Shown: positions 47,369-57,381 of the stretch, piece by piece
Layout: each line of letters opens with the position of its first letter
Position numbering within the stretch: the stretch's first letter is position 1
Assembly (NCBI GenBank): GCA_007695095.1
Contig: REEL01000148.1
Location: forward strand, 218-64,217
Length of the DNA: 64,000 bases
From: Chitinophagaceae bacterium
GTDB lineage: Bacteria > Bacteroidota > Bacteroidia > Chitinophagales > REEL01
Direction: 5' to 3'
Notes under the pieces: generated by a model
The model's input: only the letters and a program-made list of their open reading frames with translations
Database searches by the model: none
What the model was told of the DNA's origin: nothing
Program-made: the position numbers and the translations under genes

Positions 47369-48034
47369 TTAAGCAGGTTCCTGAAGTAAATCAATAAATT
47401 CCACAGAAGTAGCTTCCATTCTGTGAATTACCTTATCTATCATTGTAATTAGACTATTATATGCTATAAAGGCAATAATTCCAACGGCCAAACCGACAGC
47501 AGTTGTTATCAAAGCTTCATAAATACCTCCGGCCAATAGTCCTACATCTATGTTTGCTCCTTCACTTGCCAAATTAAAGAAAGCCCGAATCATACCTACA
47601 ACTGTTCCTAAGAAACCAAGCATTGGAGCTGCTCCCGCAATGGTTGCCAATACACTGAGCCCTCTCTCCAATTTATAAATCTCCAGTTTCCCAATATTCT
47701 CAATCGCTACTTCAATATTCTTTAACGGTTTTCCTATACGAATTATTCCTTTTTCTATCATTCTGGCAACCGGAGTTGGTGTATTTCTGCACAATTCCAA
47801 AGCAGACTCTATATTACCATTAACTACATAATCTTTAATTTTAGACATAAAATCTGCTTCAATATTAGACGCCTTTTTAATAGTCAAATAGCGTTCAATA
47901 AAAATATAAACAGCTATAATGGAAAGAATCAGAATGGGTATTAACAGTAACCCACCTTTAAATAATAATGACAGTAAAGACATAGTTTCTTCACCTTGTG
48001 TCTCCTCTACAATTTGCAAGAGTATTAAATCCAT
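47369..48034 (-). CDS. exbB: MotA/TolQ/ExbB proton-channel protein
   Basis: Three TM segments and LATIAGAAPMLGFLGTVVGMIRAF, the typical ExbB/TolQ motif. Confidence 0.9.
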   Translation of the reverse strand: MDLILLQIVEETQGEETMSLLSLLFKGGLLLIPILILSIIAVYIFIERYLTIKKASNIEADFMSKIKDYVVNGNIESALELCRNTPTPVARMIEKGIIRIGKPLKNIEVAIENIGKLEIYKLERGLSVLATIAGAAPMLGFLGTVVGMIRAFFNLASEGANIDVGLLAGGIYEALITTAVGLAVGIIAFIAYNSLITMIDKVIHRMEATSVEFIDLLQEPA

Positions 48035-48395
48035 ACTTTTTTTTAATTAAGTTTCTTTAACGTAAATAAATCTATTCCTATTTTGTTGCTGCAAATATAG
48101 CCAATATATATTCTGTTACATAATATTGATCAAAAACAATACCGGAAGATTTAACTCCATTTTAATTCATGCTTTTGACATAAAATTATCTAAAAATCAA
48201 TGCATGTTAAATAATTAAAAACTATACGAAAAGTCATACTTTTTTCTTTCAATACCTCTCCTTTTCAAACTACTCTTTTTAAATTTTATGGATTTAATGA
48301 GCTAATAAAAATAGCTCAAACAAAATTTGTAATCAGATTTACTTTTATTTTTTTATTGATTTTTTTAGTCCAAACGCTATTCATAGGAACCTTTA

Positions 48396-48431
48396 TTCAT
48401 ATCTTTGCATTTAGATATTTAAATACATGAA
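48396..48431 (+). promoter_or_regulatory. Promoter (-7 box) and dyad operator candidate of the ArsR-trxA unit
   Basis: TTCATATCTTTGCATTTAGATATTTAAATACATGAA. TATCTTTG at 48400-48407 matches TAnnTTTG. The 20-mer at 48398-48417 is identical to the element upstream of the persulfide dioxygenase operon. The outer arms are TTCATAT and ACATGAA. Confidence 0.6.
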
Positions 48432-48433
48432 CT

Positions 48434-48739
48434 ATGTCAGAGATTTTAACAAAACGAATAGAAGAAAAAAAACTATTTCAATGCGCCAGTATGTTGAAGG
48501 CCATTGCACATCCATCCAGAATGGCTATTGTAGACTTATTGGGTAAGAAAAAAGAACTTATAGTAACAGACATTTACCGTTTACTAGAAATGGAGCAAGC
48601 TGCCGTTTCACATCATCTTGGTATATTGAAAAGCAATGGGTTGCTTGAGTTTAGAAAGGATGGGAAAAACACTTACTATTCTTTAGCAAAAATTGAGGTT
48701 TTACAAATTATTCAATGCATAGAAAAGTGTGCCATCTAA
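48434..48739 (+). CDS. ArsR/SmtB-family transcriptional regulator (candidate BigR/SqrR-like persulfide sensor)
   Basis: LKAIAHPSRMAIVDLL...TDIYRLLEMEQAAVSHHLGILKSNGLL is the ArsR winged-HTH signature. Cysteines are at positions 17, 95 and 99. Confidence 0.85.
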   Translation: MSEILTKRIEEKKLFQCASMLKAIAHPSRMAIVDLLGKKKELIVTDIYRLLEMEQAAVSHHLGILKSNGLLEFRKDGKNTYYSLAKIEVLQIIQCIEKCAI

Positions 48740-48766
48740 TTTCTAACAAAAAAATAGAATTATATA

Positions 48767-49063
48767 ATGAGTAAATTTACAGAGTTAATAAACGGAGAAA
48801 TCCCCGTATTAGCAGATTTTCATGCTGAATGGTGTGGACCCTGTAAAATGATGATGCCAACCATCAATGAAATAGCAACGCATTTTAAGGGTAAACTAAA
48901 AGTGATAAAAATTGATGTTGATAAAAATGAAAGTGCCACTAAAAAGTATCAGATAATGGGAGTTCCTACATTAATTTTATTTAAAAATGGACGGATTGCA
49001 TGGAAACAGTCAGGGGTATTAAGTTTTTCAGATTTAAAAAAGATTATAGACAGTCATTTATAA
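48767..49063 (+). CDS. trxA: Thioredoxin
   Basis: VLADFHAEWCGPCKMM (WCGPC active site), 98 aa. Confidence 0.93.
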   Translation: MSKFTELINGEIPVLADFHAEWCGPCKMMMPTINEIATHFKGKLKVIKIDVDKNESATKKYQIMGVPTLILFKNGRIAWKQSGVLSFSDLKKIIDSHL

Positions 49064-49084
49064 ATGTTTAAAAAAAAGTACAAT

Positions 49085-49118
49085 AAAAAAAGTCCGGTAA
49101 ATTTTACCGGACTTTTTT
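49085..49118. terminator. Bidirectional rho-independent terminator between trxA and dnaK
   Basis: AGTCCGGTAAA (49091-49101) pairs with TTTACCGGACT (49103-49113). An A-run and a T-run flank it. Confidence 0.8.
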
Positions 49119-49144
49119 ATTTGAGACAATTAACAATTAACCAA

Positions 49145-51073
49145 TTACTTTTTATCTTTATCCTTATCGTTTACCTCTTCGTAATCAACATCTGTCACAT
49201 CATCATCTTCGTTTTGCTTATTCCCTTCACCGTTTTGTTGTTGATCAGGATTTGGTTGCTGACTTCCTCCCTGCTCTTTATAAATATGCTGGGAAGCTTC
49301 CTGCCATGCACTGTTCAAAGCTTCAATAGCTGAATCCAGCTCTTCCATATTTTGTGCTTTATGCACTTCTTTTAGCTTATTATGAGCTTCCTCAATTTTT
49401 GTTTTGTTTTCCGCAGGTAGTTTATCTGCAAATTCAGTCAGCTGCTTTTCGGTCTGGAAGATTAATGAATCAGCTGTATTAAGTTTTTCTATCTTCTCTT
49501 TTGCTTTCTTATCACTATCTTCATTAGCCTTTGCTTCCTGCTTCATTTTTTCTACCTCATCTTTCGACAATCCGGTAGAAGCTTCAATTCTAATAGATTG
49601 CTCTTTAGCGGTACCTTTATCTTTAGCTTTAACACTCAATATACCATTTGCATCTATATCAAAAGTCACTTCAATTTGCGGAACTCCTCTTGGTGCAGGC
49701 GGTATTCCATCCAGATGGAACCTGCCAATACTTCTGTTATCTGAAGACATTGGGCGTTCTCCCTGTAATACGTGTATTTCAACTGAACCCTGATTGTCAG
49801 CAGCTGTTGTAAACACCTGAGTTTCGCGTTTCGGTATAGTTGCATTAGACTCTATAAGTTTAGTCATTACACCACCCATAGTTTCAATACCAAGGGAAAG
49901 CGGAGTAACATCAACTAAAACGATTTCATCGTCAATATCCCCACTTAAAATTCCACCTTGTATAGCTGCTCCAATGGCTACTACTTCATCCGGATTTACT
50001 CCTTTAGATGGCTTTTTACCAAAGAATTTTTCTACTACTTCCTGAATTTTTGGTATTCTGGTTGAACCACCTACTAAGACCACTTCATCTATATCTGAAG
50101 ACTGCATTCCGGCATCTTTTAATGCTTTTTTACACGGCTCAAGCGTACGTTGTATCAATTCATCTGCCAATTGCTCAAATTTAGACCTGCTGAGTTTTTT
50201 CACTAAGTGTTTAGGAACTCCATCTATAGCAGTTATATAAGGTAAATTGACTTCTGATTCTGAGGAACCTGAAAGTTCAATTTTTGCTTTTTCAGCTGCA
50301 TCTTTTAGTCGCTGAAGTGCCATAGGGTCTTTCTTCAAATCTACATTTTCTTCTTTTTTAAATTCATCGGCTAACCAATCGATAATTATCTGATCAAAAT
50401 CATCGCCACCCAGATGGGTATCACCATTTGTAGATTTTACTTCAAAAACACCATCACCGAGTTCCAGTATAGAAATATCAAACGTACCTCCACCTAGGTC
50501 AAAAACTGCAATAGTCATATCTTTGTTTCTCTTATCCAGACCATATGACAAAGCTGCAGCTGTTGGCTCATTTAAAATTCTCTTAACAGTTAGACCTGCA
50601 ATTTCACCGGCTTCTTTAGTTGCCTGACGCTGTGAATCATTAAAGTAAGCAGGAACTGTAACAACAGCTTCTTTTACTTCATGACCTAAATAGTCTTCAG
50701 CTACTTTTTTCATTTTTTGCAAAACCATAGCTGAAATTTCTTGTGGAGTATACATTCTGCCATTTATATCAACACGAATGGTGTCGTTTTCCCCTTTCAC
50801 AACTTTGTAAGAAGCACGCTCTGCATCATTACCGATTTCAGAAAAACGATTTCCCATAAATCGCTTTATCGACATAATTGTGTTTGCCGGATTCGTAATC
50901 GCCTGTCTTTTTGCAGAATCTCCAATTTTTCTTTCTCCGTTTTCTAAAAACGCAACTATAGAAGGAGTCGTTCTTCTGCCTTCTTCATTTGATATTACAA
51001 CCGGCTCATTACCTTCCATTACAGAAACGCATGAATTTGTTGTACCTAAATCAATTCCAATTATTTTTCCCAT
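49145..51073 (-). CDS. dnaK: Molecular chaperone DnaK (Hsp70)
   Basis: [16 protein letters not shown] at the internal ATG at 51073, plus [25 protein letters not shown] and [11 protein letters not shown]. The listed 29-aa N-terminal extension is not DnaK-like. Confidence 0.97.
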   Translation of the reverse strand: MGKIIGIDLGTTNSCVSVMEGNEPVVISNEEGRRTTPSIVAFLENGERKIGDSAKRQAITNPANTIMSIKRFMGNRFSEIGNDAERASYKVVKGENDTIRVDINGRMYTPQEISAMVLQKMKKVAEDYLGHEVKEAVVTVPAYFNDSQRQATKEAGEIAGLTVKRILNEPTAAALSYGLDKRNKDMTIAVFDLGGGTFDISILELGDGVFEVKSTNGDTHLGGDDFDQIIIDWLADEFKKEENVDLKKDPMALQRLKDAAEKAKIELSGSSESEVNLPYITAIDGVPKHLVKKLSRSKFEQLADELIQRTLEPCKKALKDAGMQSSDIDEVVLVGGSTRIPKIQEVVEKFFGKKPSKGVNPDEVVAIGAAIQGGILSGDIDDEIVLVDVTPLSLGIETMGGVMTKLIESNATIPKRETQVFTTAADNQGSVEIHVLQGERPMSSDNRSIGRFHLDGIPPAPRGVPQIEVTFDIDANGILSVKAKDKGTAKEQSIRIEASTGLSKDEVEKMKQEAKANEDSDKKAKEKIEKLNTADSLIFQTEKQLTEFADKLPAENKTKIEEAHNKLKEVHKAQNMEELDSAIEALNSAWQEASQHIYKEQGGSQQPNPDQQQNGEGNKQNEDDDVTDVDYEEVNDKDKDKK

Positions 51074-51133
51074 TTTATTTTTTTTCTTTTGGGAGTTCAA
51101 TAGTTGTGCCAATAGACTTTTTATTTCTATTTG

Positions 51134-51156
51134 CTGTAATTTTGTCACAATTACAG
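51134..51156 (-). promoter_or_regulatory. Inverted repeat upstream of dnaK
   Basis: CTGTAATT-N7-AATTACAG (8-bp arms), 61-83 nt upstream of the dnaK ATG. It is preceded in gene orientation by TTGA. This is not the CIRCE sequence. Confidence 0.3.
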
Positions 51157-51199
51157 TCAAATTTAATATCTAAACATTAGTCTTCTGACATATAGACAG

Positions 51200-52261
51200 C
51201 TAGTTGCAATCAAAAAAACCGGCTCTGTCAGCAAAGTTTAATTGTCTTGTCAAGCTGCCACAAGCAAGTGAATCTACTGAAGTAGGAGTAATTCTAAAGT
51301 CACCAAAGGAACTTGTACTTCTACTACTCCATACTCCATATCCATTTTCAATATTTGAGTATACTGAACCGGCACTCCCGTCAGACAAGCCTGACTGAGC
51401 ACCTTCGGATATGATATAATTATAAATTTCTTCCCCACCGGATATAAATATATACTGAATACTTCCCAATGGTTTAACTCTTCTTCTTTTAGAATTATCG
51501 GCAGGAATTCTATTTGCAAGCTGATTATAAAACTCCCGATTGTCATATTGGAAAGTCAGCAATGTTCCACCTGAAGTTCCGGGAGATGTAAGCCCTGAAA
51601 AAGCCGTCCATTCAACGGATTTTAATTCTTTGTTATCACTATCTCCTATTTCCCATTCTTCATATAAAAAACGAATTTTCAAATCATAAACCCGTCCATT
51701 CTCAGGAGTATTAAAACGGATTGTCTGCCTGTTGGTAGAAAGTTTATTAATTTGAGTAACTACAGGGTTAGTTGGAAAAGTCATTTGAAGCTCGCCTACT
51801 AAACCGGTAACCGAACTTACAGTATATCCGGTTTCTGAATTTGTAGCTGTAATTTGATAATTTCTGTCCAGATTCGGCTGAAAATTAAATCGGTACAGAA
51901 TATTTCTTTCATTCGAGAAGATCCCTTCACTTTTGTTTATATCAGTTAAATTCCCGTCAATTTGCTGAGCTGTCCACTCCGGCCCGTTAGGTAATTCTCT
52001 GATAGTTACATCAAGATTTTCATAATAATAAATTGAATCCGGGTTTTGGGCAATCACTAAAGCATCAGTTTCAGGATCCAAAAAAACTTTATTAATACGA
52101 ACATAGTGTACTGAATCTTCCGGATTGATTAATCCATACAGTGCCATACCCTCTTTCCAGTCATCTGCCAAGTCAAAGTCAGTTGAGCAGGCTGAGAAGA
52201 AAAGTGAGAAACTTAATAAAACAAGAAGGAATCTATTCTTGACAGTTAAAAACAGTAACAT
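51200..52261 (-). CDS. Lipoprotein of unknown function (possibly DUF4249-like)
   Basis: The internal ATG at 52261 gives MLLFLTVKNRFLLVLLSFSLFFSAC (lipobox). The longer listed ORF overlaps panB. Confidence 0.6.
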   Translation of the reverse strand: MLLFLTVKNRFLLVLLSFSLFFSACSTDFDLADDWKEGMALYGLINPEDSVHYVRINKVFLDPETDALVIAQNPDSIYYYENLDVTIRELPNGPEWTAQQIDGNLTDINKSEGIFSNERNILYRFNFQPNLDRNYQITATNSETGYTVSSVTGLVGELQMTFPTNPVVTQINKLSTNRQTIRFNTPENGRVYDLKIRFLYEEWEIGDSDNKELKSVEWTAFSGLTSPGTSGGTLLTFQYDNREFYNQLANRIPADNSKRRRVKPLGSIQYIFISGGEEIYNYIISEGAQSGLSDGSAGSVYSNIENGYGVWSSRSTSSFGDFRITPTSVDSLACGSLTRQLNFADRAGFFDCN

Positions 52262-52388
52262 GCAGTAATTTGTTTGAAGAAATTGAATTTGATGACAAAA
52301 GTAACGAAAGTCCTTTAAAATAGTAAAGAAAGCAGGCGCTGATTTGTTCATCTTATTATTAATTAATAATTTGCACCAAAATTTGTTT

Positions 52389-53204
52389 ATGTCTGTCCAC
52401 AGAAAAGTAAAAAGAGTTACCACTCATACCCTGCAAGAAATGAAAAATGATGACGAAAAAATCTCTATGCTTACTGCATATGATTTTTCACTTGCTACTA
52501 TAGTAGATGACGCTAATGTAGATGTCATTTTAGTAGGAGACTCTGCTTCAAATGTTATGGCAGGTCATGAAACTACCTTACCAATTACTTTAGATCAAAT
52601 GATTTATCATGCAACTTCAGTTGTTCGGGCAGTTAAAAGAGCACTAGTGGTAGTTGATTTACCCTTTGGTTCTTATCAGGGAAATTCAAAAATAGCTTTG
52701 GAGTCAACTATAAAAATAATGAAAGAATCCGGAGCTCATGCAATTAAAATGGAAGGGGGAATTGAAATTAAAGAATCCATTCAAAGAATTCTTACAGCCG
52801 GAGTCCCGGTTATGGGACATTTAGGATTGACGCCTCAATCAATTTACAAATTTGGCACTTATACTGTAAGGGCAACAGAAAATGAAGAAGCAGAAAGATT
52901 AATTAGTGACGCTATGCTTCTGCAAGAATTAGGTTGTTTTGCTATTGTACTTGAAAAAATCCCTGCCCATCTGGCAGAAAAAATAGCAAAAAAACTAACA
53001 ATTCCGGTAATCGGGATAGGTGCAGGAGGAAAAATAGATGGTCAGGTTTTGGTTTTACATGATATGCTTGGGATTACCAAAGAATTTCAACCTCGCTTTC
53101 TGAGAAGATACCTCAACCTTTATGATGACATTAAAGTTGCCGTAAGTCGCTATGTGGAAGATGTAAAACTAAAAGATTTTCCAAACGAGGATGAACAATA
53201 TTGA
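52389..53204 (+). CDS. panB: 3-methyl-2-oxobutanoate hydroxymethyltransferase
   Basis: [51 protein letters not shown] and AHAIKMEGG. The start is at ATG 52389. Confidence 0.93.
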   Translation: MSVHRKVKRVTTHTLQEMKNDDEKISMLTAYDFSLATIVDDANVDVILVGDSASNVMAGHETTLPITLDQMIYHATSVVRAVKRALVVVDLPFGSYQGNSKIALESTIKIMKESGAHAIKMEGGIEIKESIQRILTAGVPVMGHLGLTPQSIYKFGTYTVRATENEEAERLISDAMLLQELGCFAIVLEKIPAHLAEKIAKKLTIPVIGIGAGGKIDGQVLVLHDMLGITKEFQPRFLRRYLNLYDDIKVAVSRYVEDVKLKDFPNEDEQY

Positions 53205-53261
53205 ATTTCGATTTTTAAACTTACACATTGACTTTTTTTAATAAAAAATAATACTAAATCT

Positions 53262-54152
53262 ATGAAAAATATAACAGTTATCGGCTCCGGAACTATGGGG
53301 AATGGAATTGCACACGTTTTTGCAATGAATGGCTTTTCAGTTAGCCTAATGGATATCTCTGAAGATTCCCTGAAAAAAGCTATGGAAACTATTGATAAAA
53401 ACCTGAGCAGAATGCTTGAAAAAGGCAGAATTGACGAAAATCTAAAAAATAGTACGCTTGCAAATATCAAAACCTATACAAAACTGGAAGAAGCTGCTAA
53501 AAATGCTGACTTAGTTGTAGAAGCAGCAACAGAAAATTTGGATATTAAACTCAAGTTATTTAAAAACCTGGATAGCATTTGCCCTCCAAAAACAATCTTA
53601 TCAACAAACACATCTTCTATACCCATTACGAAAGTAGCTGCCTCAACTACAAGACCTGAAAAAGTAATTGGTATGCACTTTATGAATCCTGTACCGGTTA
53701 TGAAACTGGTAGAAATTATAAAAGGATATTCAACTGATGAAGCTACTACCAAAGCAGTTATTGAAATATCTGAAAAATTGAATAAAATACCGGTAGCCGT
53801 GAACGACTATCCGGGATTCATAGCAAACAGAATTTTAATGCCTATGATAAATGAAGCAATTATCAGCTTGTTTGAAGGAGTGGGAGGAGTTGAAGAAATA
53901 GATACAATCATGAAACTTGGTATGGCTCACCCTATGGGACCATTACAATTAGCTGATTTTATAGGCTTGGATGTCTGTCTTTCTATTTTAGAGGTTCTAC
54001 ACGATGGTTTCGGAAATCCAAAATATGCTCCATGTCCCTTACTGGTAAATATGGTTACAGCCGGACATTTAGGCGTTAAAACAGGACAGGGCTTTTATAC
54101 TTATACTAAAGGCAGTAAGGAATTAGTAGTTTCTCCTCAGTTTAAAAAGTAA
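53262..54152 (+). CDS. 3-hydroxybutyryl-CoA / 3-hydroxyacyl-CoA dehydrogenase
   Basis: ITVIGSGTMGNGIAHVFAMNGF (Rossmann fold), SNTSSIPIT, HFMNPVPVMKLVEI and GFIANRIL. Confidence 0.9.
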   Translation: MKNITVIGSGTMGNGIAHVFAMNGFSVSLMDISEDSLKKAMETIDKNLSRMLEKGRIDENLKNSTLANIKTYTKLEEAAKNADLVVEAATENLDIKLKLFKNLDSICPPKTILSTNTSSIPITKVAASTTRPEKVIGMHFMNPVPVMKLVEIIKGYSTDEATTKAVIEISEKLNKIPVAVNDYPGFIANRILMPMINEAIISLFEGVGGVEEIDTIMKLGMAHPMGPLQLADFIGLDVCLSILEVLHDGFGNPKYAPCPLLVNMVTAGHLGVKTGQGFYTYTKGSKELVVSPQFKK

Positions 54153-54793
54153 TGAAACTTGAAGATTTAGTTAATTTTCTCACTAAAAGATTAAAGGAAC
54201 CTCTGCCCGGCTGGGAATCTCAAATTAAAATGGCTCCAAAGCTCAGAAATCCTGACTCTTATAAGTTGCCTGATAAGTTGAAGGCAAAAGTTGGGGGAGT
54301 ACTGATTTTTCTGTACAACTTTGAAAAAACACCTTATGTCTTGTTAATGAAAAGACCGGATTATCAAGGTGTTCACAGCGGTCAGGTTAGTTTTCCGGGC
54401 GGCAAAAAAGAAGATTCTGACCGGAATATTATTGAAACGGCCATTCGTGAATTTTCTGAAGAAACAGGTGTGAGTAAAAGTAATTTGACAATAATTGGCA
54501 GTTTATCTGAATTGTATATACCCGCCAGCAACTTTTATATTTACCCAACCATTGCCTACAGCACTCAAAGACCGGAAATGAAACCGGATAAAAAAGAAGT
54601 AGCTTATCTGCTTGAAATTAAAGTAAGAGATTTGATTAATGACAATTTGGTAAAAGATAAAAAAATTACGGCAGTTAAAAATTTTGAGTTAATTGCTCCC
54701 TGCATAGAGATTAACAATGAAATAATTTGGGGGGCAACTGCAATGGTAATTAGTGAATTTAAAACTATATTGCAGGAACTGCGTTTATCATAA
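54152..54793 (+). CDS. NUDIX hydrolase, CoA pyrophosphatase type
   Basis: Nudix box GGKKEDSDRNIIETAIREFSEETG, preceded by VLLMKRPDYQGVHSGQVSFPGG (NuCoA-like motif). The ATG overlaps the stop of the upstream gene by 1 nt. Confidence 0.82.
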   Translation: MKLEDLVNFLTKRLKEPLPGWESQIKMAPKLRNPDSYKLPDKLKAKVGGVLIFLYNFEKTPYVLLMKRPDYQGVHSGQVSFPGGKKEDSDRNIIETAIREFSEETGVSKSNLTIIGSLSELYIPASNFYIYPTIAYSTQRPEMKPDKKEVAYLLEIKVRDLINDNLVKDKKITAVKNFELIAPCIEINNEIIWGATAMVISEFKTILQELRLS

Positions 54794-54895
54794 AGCTTTG
54801 TTGTTTCTCACTTTAACAGCAGCTTAAATTGTCTATACTCAATAATTAAACTAACTTTGCCGTTAATTTTCAAAAATTTAAATCATTTATAGTTA

Positions 54896-56215
54896 ATGGA
54901 AGCATTGATAATGGTAGCCCAGCTTCTTTTGGGATTAGGCCTTTTGGTATTTGTCCATGAGTTAGGTCACTTTCTCGCAGCAAAAGCGTTTGGAATAAAA
55001 GTTGAAAAATTTTACGTTTTTTTTGACTTTGGAAATACAAAAATTTTCAGTAAAAAAGTTGGTGATACAGAATATGGAATCGGTTGGTTTCCATTAGGAG
55101 GGTATGTGAAAATTGTAGGGATGGTAGACGAATCCATGGACAAAGATCAGTTAGAAAAGCCTCCTGAAGACTATGAGTTCAGATCAAAACCTGCTTGGCA
55201 AAGATTTATAGTTTTAGTTGCCGGTGTGGTTATGAATGTTATCGTCGGTATTTTGATTTTTGCCGGTTCTACTCTTTATTTTGACAAGGAATATGTGCCC
55301 ATAAGTGCTGTCGAAAATGGCATCTATGCACATGAAATAGCCAGAAATGCAGGGCTGAAAACCGGAGATAAAATAACTAAAATAAATGGCCGGTCATTTG
55401 ACAGAGCCAAAGAAGTTGAATCCTTAAAAATGCTTTTCGGAGCTAAAGTAACCTTGGAAAGAAACGGACAAACAAAGGAAATTCAACTCCCTGATAATTT
55501 ATTTCTTGAAATCGGAAGAGGCGGAGGGCAGTTCATTAGTTTTCTGAATGTCCCTTTTGAAGTAAGTGAAGTTATGCCCGGGACTCCTGCTGAGGAATTT
55601 GGTCTTCAAAAAGGAGATCAGTTTTTAAGATTAGATACCGTAGAAATAAGCAGCTTTGGCCACTTTTCAGAAACCCTGAGCGGATATGCAGGACAAGAAA
55701 TTGAAATTGAAGTAAAGCGCTCCGGTGAAACCTTTACGGACTACGTTAAAGTAGGTGAAGATGGCCGCTTAGGCTTCTTCCCAAACCCTTTGATGGACTA
55801 TGATACAAAACCTTATACTGTATTTAACTCTTTAAAATACGGTACTATAGACGGCTTTGAAGCAATTTATTACAATGCTATTGGCTTGGGTAAAGTGTTT
55901 ACCGGTCAGGTCAAAGCCACTGAATCCATACAAAGTCCAATTGGTATCGCAACTATTTATGGTGGTGTATGGGACTGGAAACGATTTTGGTATTTAACCG
56001 GATTAATTTCATTCATACTGGCATTTATGAACATACTTCCAATACCTGCCCTCGATGGTGGACACATTATGTTTATCTTCATAGAAGTGATACAGGGAAA
56101 GCCTGTCAGTCAGAAAACTATGGAAAAAGCACAGGGAGTTGGTATGGTTTTACTCCTGCTTTTAATGGCATTTGCATTTGGAAATGATATTTATAAACTC
56201 ATCACCGGAGGGTAA
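54896..56215 (+). CDS. rseP: RIP metalloprotease RseP (site-2 protease, M50)
   Basis: VFVHELGHFLAAKAFG (HExxH), a central PDZ-like region, and NILPIPALDGGH near the C-terminus. Confidence 0.92.
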   Translation: MEALIMVAQLLLGLGLLVFVHELGHFLAAKAFGIKVEKFYVFFDFGNTKIFSKKVGDTEYGIGWFPLGGYVKIVGMVDESMDKDQLEKPPEDYEFRSKPAWQRFIVLVAGVVMNVIVGILIFAGSTLYFDKEYVPISAVENGIYAHEIARNAGLKTGDKITKINGRSFDRAKEVESLKMLFGAKVTLERNGQTKEIQLPDNLFLEIGRGGGQFISFLNVPFEVSEVMPGTPAEEFGLQKGDQFLRLDTVEISSFGHFSETLSGYAGQEIEIEVKRSGETFTDYVKVGEDGRLGFFPNPLMDYDTKPYTVFNSLKYGTIDGFEAIYYNAIGLGKVFTGQVKATESIQSPIGIATIYGGVWDWKRFWYLTGLISFILAFMNILPIPALDGGHIMFIFIEVIQGKPVSQKTMEKAQGVGMVLLLLLMAFAFGNDIYKLITGG

Positions 56216-56317
56216 AAATTTTGTTTTAAAAAATGCATTGTGTAATTTTATGCAACTGAAAAGTGCACTTTAATTAAAAAAGCACAATCCGTTGTATCAT
56301 TAAATTAATTTTTTAAC

Positions 56318-57172
56318 ATGAGAAATTTTCTACTTTTACTGCTTATATGTATCTCTTTTCAAGGATTTAGCAGCAATAAATCTGTCATGATAATTCCTTT
56401 TAATCAGGATATGTACTTTTCAGATGCAGACCATGAATTAGCCAGACATAATAAAATCAGTATACCTGAAGTAAGAGCAATGTTCCGACATGGGCTTAAT
56501 ACAAACATCAATGCACACATTCTTGCAGCTTACGAAACCAGGTCATTGCTGAATGATACAATTGAAGGTGCACTGGAGGACTTAAATGCCGTTTACAGAA
56601 GTTTGAGATACCGTATGGAAGCACCTGTCGGGAAATTTACAATTGGTAAGACAGAAGACTCAAACGAATCTGCAGAGTTAGAGCAAAAAGAAAAACCGGG
56701 TAGAGGACTAAGAAATTTACTTTCATCTAACAGAGATGAAGAAAAAGGTCAGCAAACAGATAAATATGATGTACCCGATCCTGACCGCCGATTTATGAAT
56801 GTTGTTATTCCTAATCCGGAGATGTTTTCTTATTTGTCAGATAAATATCAAACAAATTATTTCTTATTCATAAACCAGTTTGAATTAGCTACAAACTATG
56901 ATCGTTGCCTTGACAGAGCTACCAATAATTTCGAGCGGACAGTGAAGGTTCACTTTTCATTATTTGACAAAAGAGGAGATCAAATAGCCGGAGATTTTGT
57001 TGAAGTTAAGTTTGGCAGTAACTCTAACGACATAATGGAGATTATGAAAAATAAATTTCCACATATTTCACAGCATTTAACTGCTCAATTACCGGTTAAT
57101 GAGCGTCGTTTATTGCCTACCGGTAATCATGGAGAAGTGAAATATCAGGAAACTAATAAAGATTTTGAGTAA
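56318..57172 (+). CDS. Secreted protein of unknown function
   Basis: Signal peptide MRNFLLLLLICISFQGFSS. 284 aa with no recognised motif. Confidence 0.6.
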   Translation: MRNFLLLLLICISFQGFSSNKSVMIIPFNQDMYFSDADHELARHNKISIPEVRAMFRHGLNTNINAHILAAYETRSLLNDTIEGALEDLNAVYRSLRYRMEAPVGKFTIGKTEDSNESAELEQKEKPGRGLRNLLSSNRDEEKGQQTDKYDVPDPDRRFMNVVIPNPEMFSYLSDKYQTNYFLFINQFELATNYDRCLDRATNNFERTVKVHFSLFDKRGDQIAGDFVEVKFGSNSNDIMEIMKNKFPHISQHLTAQLPVNERRLLPTGNHGEVKYQETNKDFE

Positions 57173-57223
57173 AAAATCAACTGATTCCTAAATAATTTTC
57201 TTTAGATTTGCATTCCCATTTCA

Positions 57224-57307
57224 GCCCGGGTGGCGGAATTGGTAGACGCGTTGGTCTCAAACACCAATGGAGGTAACTTCGTGCCGGTTCGACTCCGGCC
57301 CCGGGTA
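57224..57307 (+). tRNA. tRNA-Leu (anticodon CAA)
   Basis: I folded the cloverleaf by hand. The acceptor is GCCCGGG paired with CCCGGGT (one G-U). The D arm is GCGGAATTGGTAGACGC. The anticodon stem TTGGT/ACCAA carries the loop CTCAAAC. It has a long variable arm and the T arm GCCGG-TTCGACT-CCGGC. CCA is not encoded. Confidence 0.93.
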
Positions 57308-57310
57308 CAA

Positions 57311-57341
57311 AAGCTACTTAGATTCTAAGTAGCTTTTTTTG
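57311..57341 (+). terminator. Rho-independent terminator after tRNA-Leu
   Basis: AAGCTACTTA (57311-57320) pairs with TAAGTAGCTT (57326-57335), followed by TTTTTT. Confidence 0.8.
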
Positions 57342-57381
57342 TTAAGAAATGCCGGTAATTCATATTTTGAATTGCTGTTAT

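Noticed and set aside
49064-49333. Listed 89-aa plus-strand ORF after trxA.
   Set aside because: It starts on the trxA stop, runs through the bidirectional terminator hairpin, and then runs antisense into the dnaK 3' end. The sequence is hydrophobic and low-complexity. It is an artefact.
51074-51160. The 29-codon N-terminal extension of the dnaK ORF, and the similar extensions of 51200-52423 and 52344-53204.
   Set aside because: Conserved N-termini begin at internal ATGs: [10 protein letters not shown] at 51073, the lipobox signal at 52261, and the PanB start at 52389. The long versions would also make the neighbouring genes overlap by about 80 nt.
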